Below, piece by piece: positions 62,201 through 64,000 of a stretch of 64,000 nt of DNA (positions are counted from its first letter, which is position 1; every line of letters begins with the position of its first letter). The position numbers and the translations under genes are program-made. The notes below the pieces were generated by a model. The model was not told where the DNA came from, searched no databases, and saw only the letters and a list, made by a program, of their open reading frames with translations. The stretch is from Callorhinchus milii (Eukaryota), in NCBI RefSeq assembly GCF_018977255.1, contig NW_024704769.1, positions 4,526,001 to 4,590,000 on the forward strand, in the 5' to 3' direction.

Positions 62201-64000
62201 CTGTGCGCAATCGGCTGCCGCGTTTCGCTCACGAATGTATACGGTCAATTCACTTTACACTGTATCCTGTGAAGCGCTTTGAGACGTCGAGAAGATGTGA
62301 AAAGCGCTTTATCAAATGCAAGGATTTTTATTATTATTATAGAGACACACACAGACAGACATATACAGAGAGAGATACAAACATACACACACAGACATAC
62401 ACGCAGACACAGACACACACACGCAGAGACACACACACACACTATAACATACACACACCACAGAGTGTGTAACACACACTGCATCCCCTGTGTTTGGTGA
62501 CAGGGAGGTTACCAGAGTCTGGAGGAGGCAAATGGGTCAATCAACCGCCTGGACTGTGATGATGATCAGATTCCTGAGGATGAGGTGAGGCCGTGATGTG
62601 TGTGGAGGGGTGTTTGCGCAGTGTAACGTGTTAGCATGTGGCTGGCATGAGACGTGTTGCTGACATGTAACGTGTTGCATGTGCTGTTTCAGTTTGATTT
62701 TGCAGATGTGTTTATGCACCAAGCGATTCACACGATTGAGTATTGTCTCGGCTGCATCTCCAACACAGCATCGTATCTCCGTCTGTGGGCCCTGAGCCTC
62801 GCACACGCACGTGAGTTTATGTGTTACACTGTGTGTTAGTGTGTTACTGTGTGTGTGTTACACTATGTGTTACTGTGTGTGTTACACTGTGTTAGTGTGT
62901 TACTGGGTGTGTGTTACACTGTGTGTTAGTGTGTTATTGTATGTGTTACACTGTGTGTTAGTGTGTTACTGTGTGTGTGTTACACTGTGTGTTACTGTGT
63001 GTGTCACACTGTGTGTTAGTGTGTTACTGGGTGTGTGTTACACTGTGTGTTAGTGTGTTATTGTATGTGTTACACTGTGTGTTAGTGTGTTACTGTGTGT
63101 GTGTTACACTGTGTGTTACTGTGTGTGTTACACTGTGTGTTAGTGTGTTACTGGGTGTGTGTTACACTGTGTGTTAGTGTGCTACTGTGTGTGTGTGAGT
63201 GTGTCAGTGAGTGTGTAACTGTGTGTACCAAAGCTCTCAGATGTCCTGTGGTCAATGGTTAGTGTGTGTGTGTGAGTGAGAGCGTGTGTGAGTGTGTCAG
63301 TGAGTGTGTGACTGTGTGTATCAGAGCTCTCAGATGTCCTGTGGTCGATGGTTAGTGAGTGTGTCAGTGAGTGTGTGACTGTGTGTTCCAGAGCTCTCGG
63401 ATGTCCTGTGGTCGATGGTTCTTCGATTCGGTTGGGCTTATGGGCAGTTTCGCGGGTCAGTGATTCTCTTTGTGGTGTTTGCGGTGTTTGCGACGTTGAC
63501 GGTGACGATTCTCCTGGTGATGGAGGGATTGTCGGCTTTTCTCCACGCTCTGCGCCTGCATTGGTAAATATACCCCACACACGCACCCCCCCCACACACG
63601 CACGCCCCCACACACGCACCCCCCCCACACACGCACCCCCCCACACACGCCCCCCCCCACACACGCACCCCCCACACACACGCACCCCACACACCCCCAC
63701 ACACACACACCCCCTGCACACACATACCCCAACACACATATCCCACCCCTCCCCCGCCCCAAATACATACTCCCCCCACATGCAGGCACCCCAACCCCCC
63801 TCCCCACACACACACACACCACGCGCACCCCCCCCATACACATACACACCCCCACATACATACTCTGTACATGCCCTCTCCCCATACACCCTCCCTCCTA
63901 ACCCCCTTTGTAATCATTACCCGCCTTTGTCTCTCTCTCTCACTCATTCCCTCTGCCTTTTTCCCCCCTCTCTCTATGACATTACAGGGTTGAATTCCAA
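50239..64000 (+). CDS. TCIRG1: V-type proton ATPase 116-kDa subunit a3; 3' end outside the window
   Basis: Exons 50239-50355, 51578-51656, 52332-52564, 52649-52734, 53022-53148, 53573-53655, 54370-54463, 54629-54841, 55266-55416, 55580-55719, 55835-56001, 56190-56265, 58103-58221, 58989-59196, 59513-59632, 62504-62584, 62693-62810, 63392-63563, 63988-edge; 799 codons in one frame. Motifs [38 protein letters not shown] (essential Arg), [28 protein letters not shown] and [15 protein letters not shown] favour a3 over a2. Confidence 0.88.
56601..57207 (+). mobile_element. Two tandem tRNA-derived SINEs (copy at 44387-44990)
   Basis: Heads ggagtcctgtagctcagtgg (56601) and ggtgtcctgtagcttagtgg (~56923). 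Confidence 0.85.
57671..57890 (+). repeat. ~26-bp G-rich VNTR (ggggagtggggctagttggggtaaga); longer version at 45455-45720
   Basis: About 8 units here versus about 10 in the upstream duplicate. Confidence 0.85.
59790..61500 (-). mobile_element. Degenerate L2-clade LINE (RT domain and 3' end) in a TCIRG1 intron
   Basis: Frameshifted ORF2 pieces: [46 protein letters not shown]. The 3' tail is shared with the SINE (gtgaaaggcgctattcaaatgtaa). Confidence 0.85.
62009..62340 (+). mobile_element. tRNA-derived SINE
   Basis: gagtcctgtagctcagtggttagagc head through to the (att)n tail. Confidence 0.85.
62820..63391 (+). repeat. TG-rich tandem repeats; the last units carry copies of the start of the following TCIRG1 exon
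   Basis: gtgttacactgtgtgttagt units; agctctcagatgtcctgtggtc(a/g)atggtt at 63232 and 63325. Confidence 0.85.

Overview
Vertebrate nuclear DNA from a gene-dense, GC-rich, minisatellite-rich region with several N gaps. The repeat content (tRNA-headed Deu-type SINEs with (ATT)n tails, L2 and CR1 fragments) suggests a cartilaginous fish, possibly a chimaera; this is inference. Six spliced genes were reconstructed by hand from GT-AG exon chains: PGAM2 (minus strand, last exon outside the window), DUSP2, DUSP11, STAMBP, a TRAIL-receptor-like death receptor (TNFRSF10-like) and TCIRG1 (V-ATPase a3, running off the right edge). About 12 kb containing TCIRG1 coding exons 1-15 occurs twice on either side of an N gap; this is most likely an uncollapsed haplotype or contig overlap, less likely a very young tandem duplication. 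No new enzymatic system was found. The most notable observations are regulatory or structural: (1) five promoters appear built from tandem arrays of transcription-factor sites (YY1 x8, CArG/EGR x4, Sp/KLF), and PGAM2 and STAMBP share an identical 20-mer; (2) a CR1 fragment supplies a splice donor to the death-receptor transmembrane exon; (3) a repeat-filled intron could give a soluble decoy receptor; (4) tandem repeats have captured splice sites. Nearly all other ORFs in the supplied track are low-complexity artefacts.
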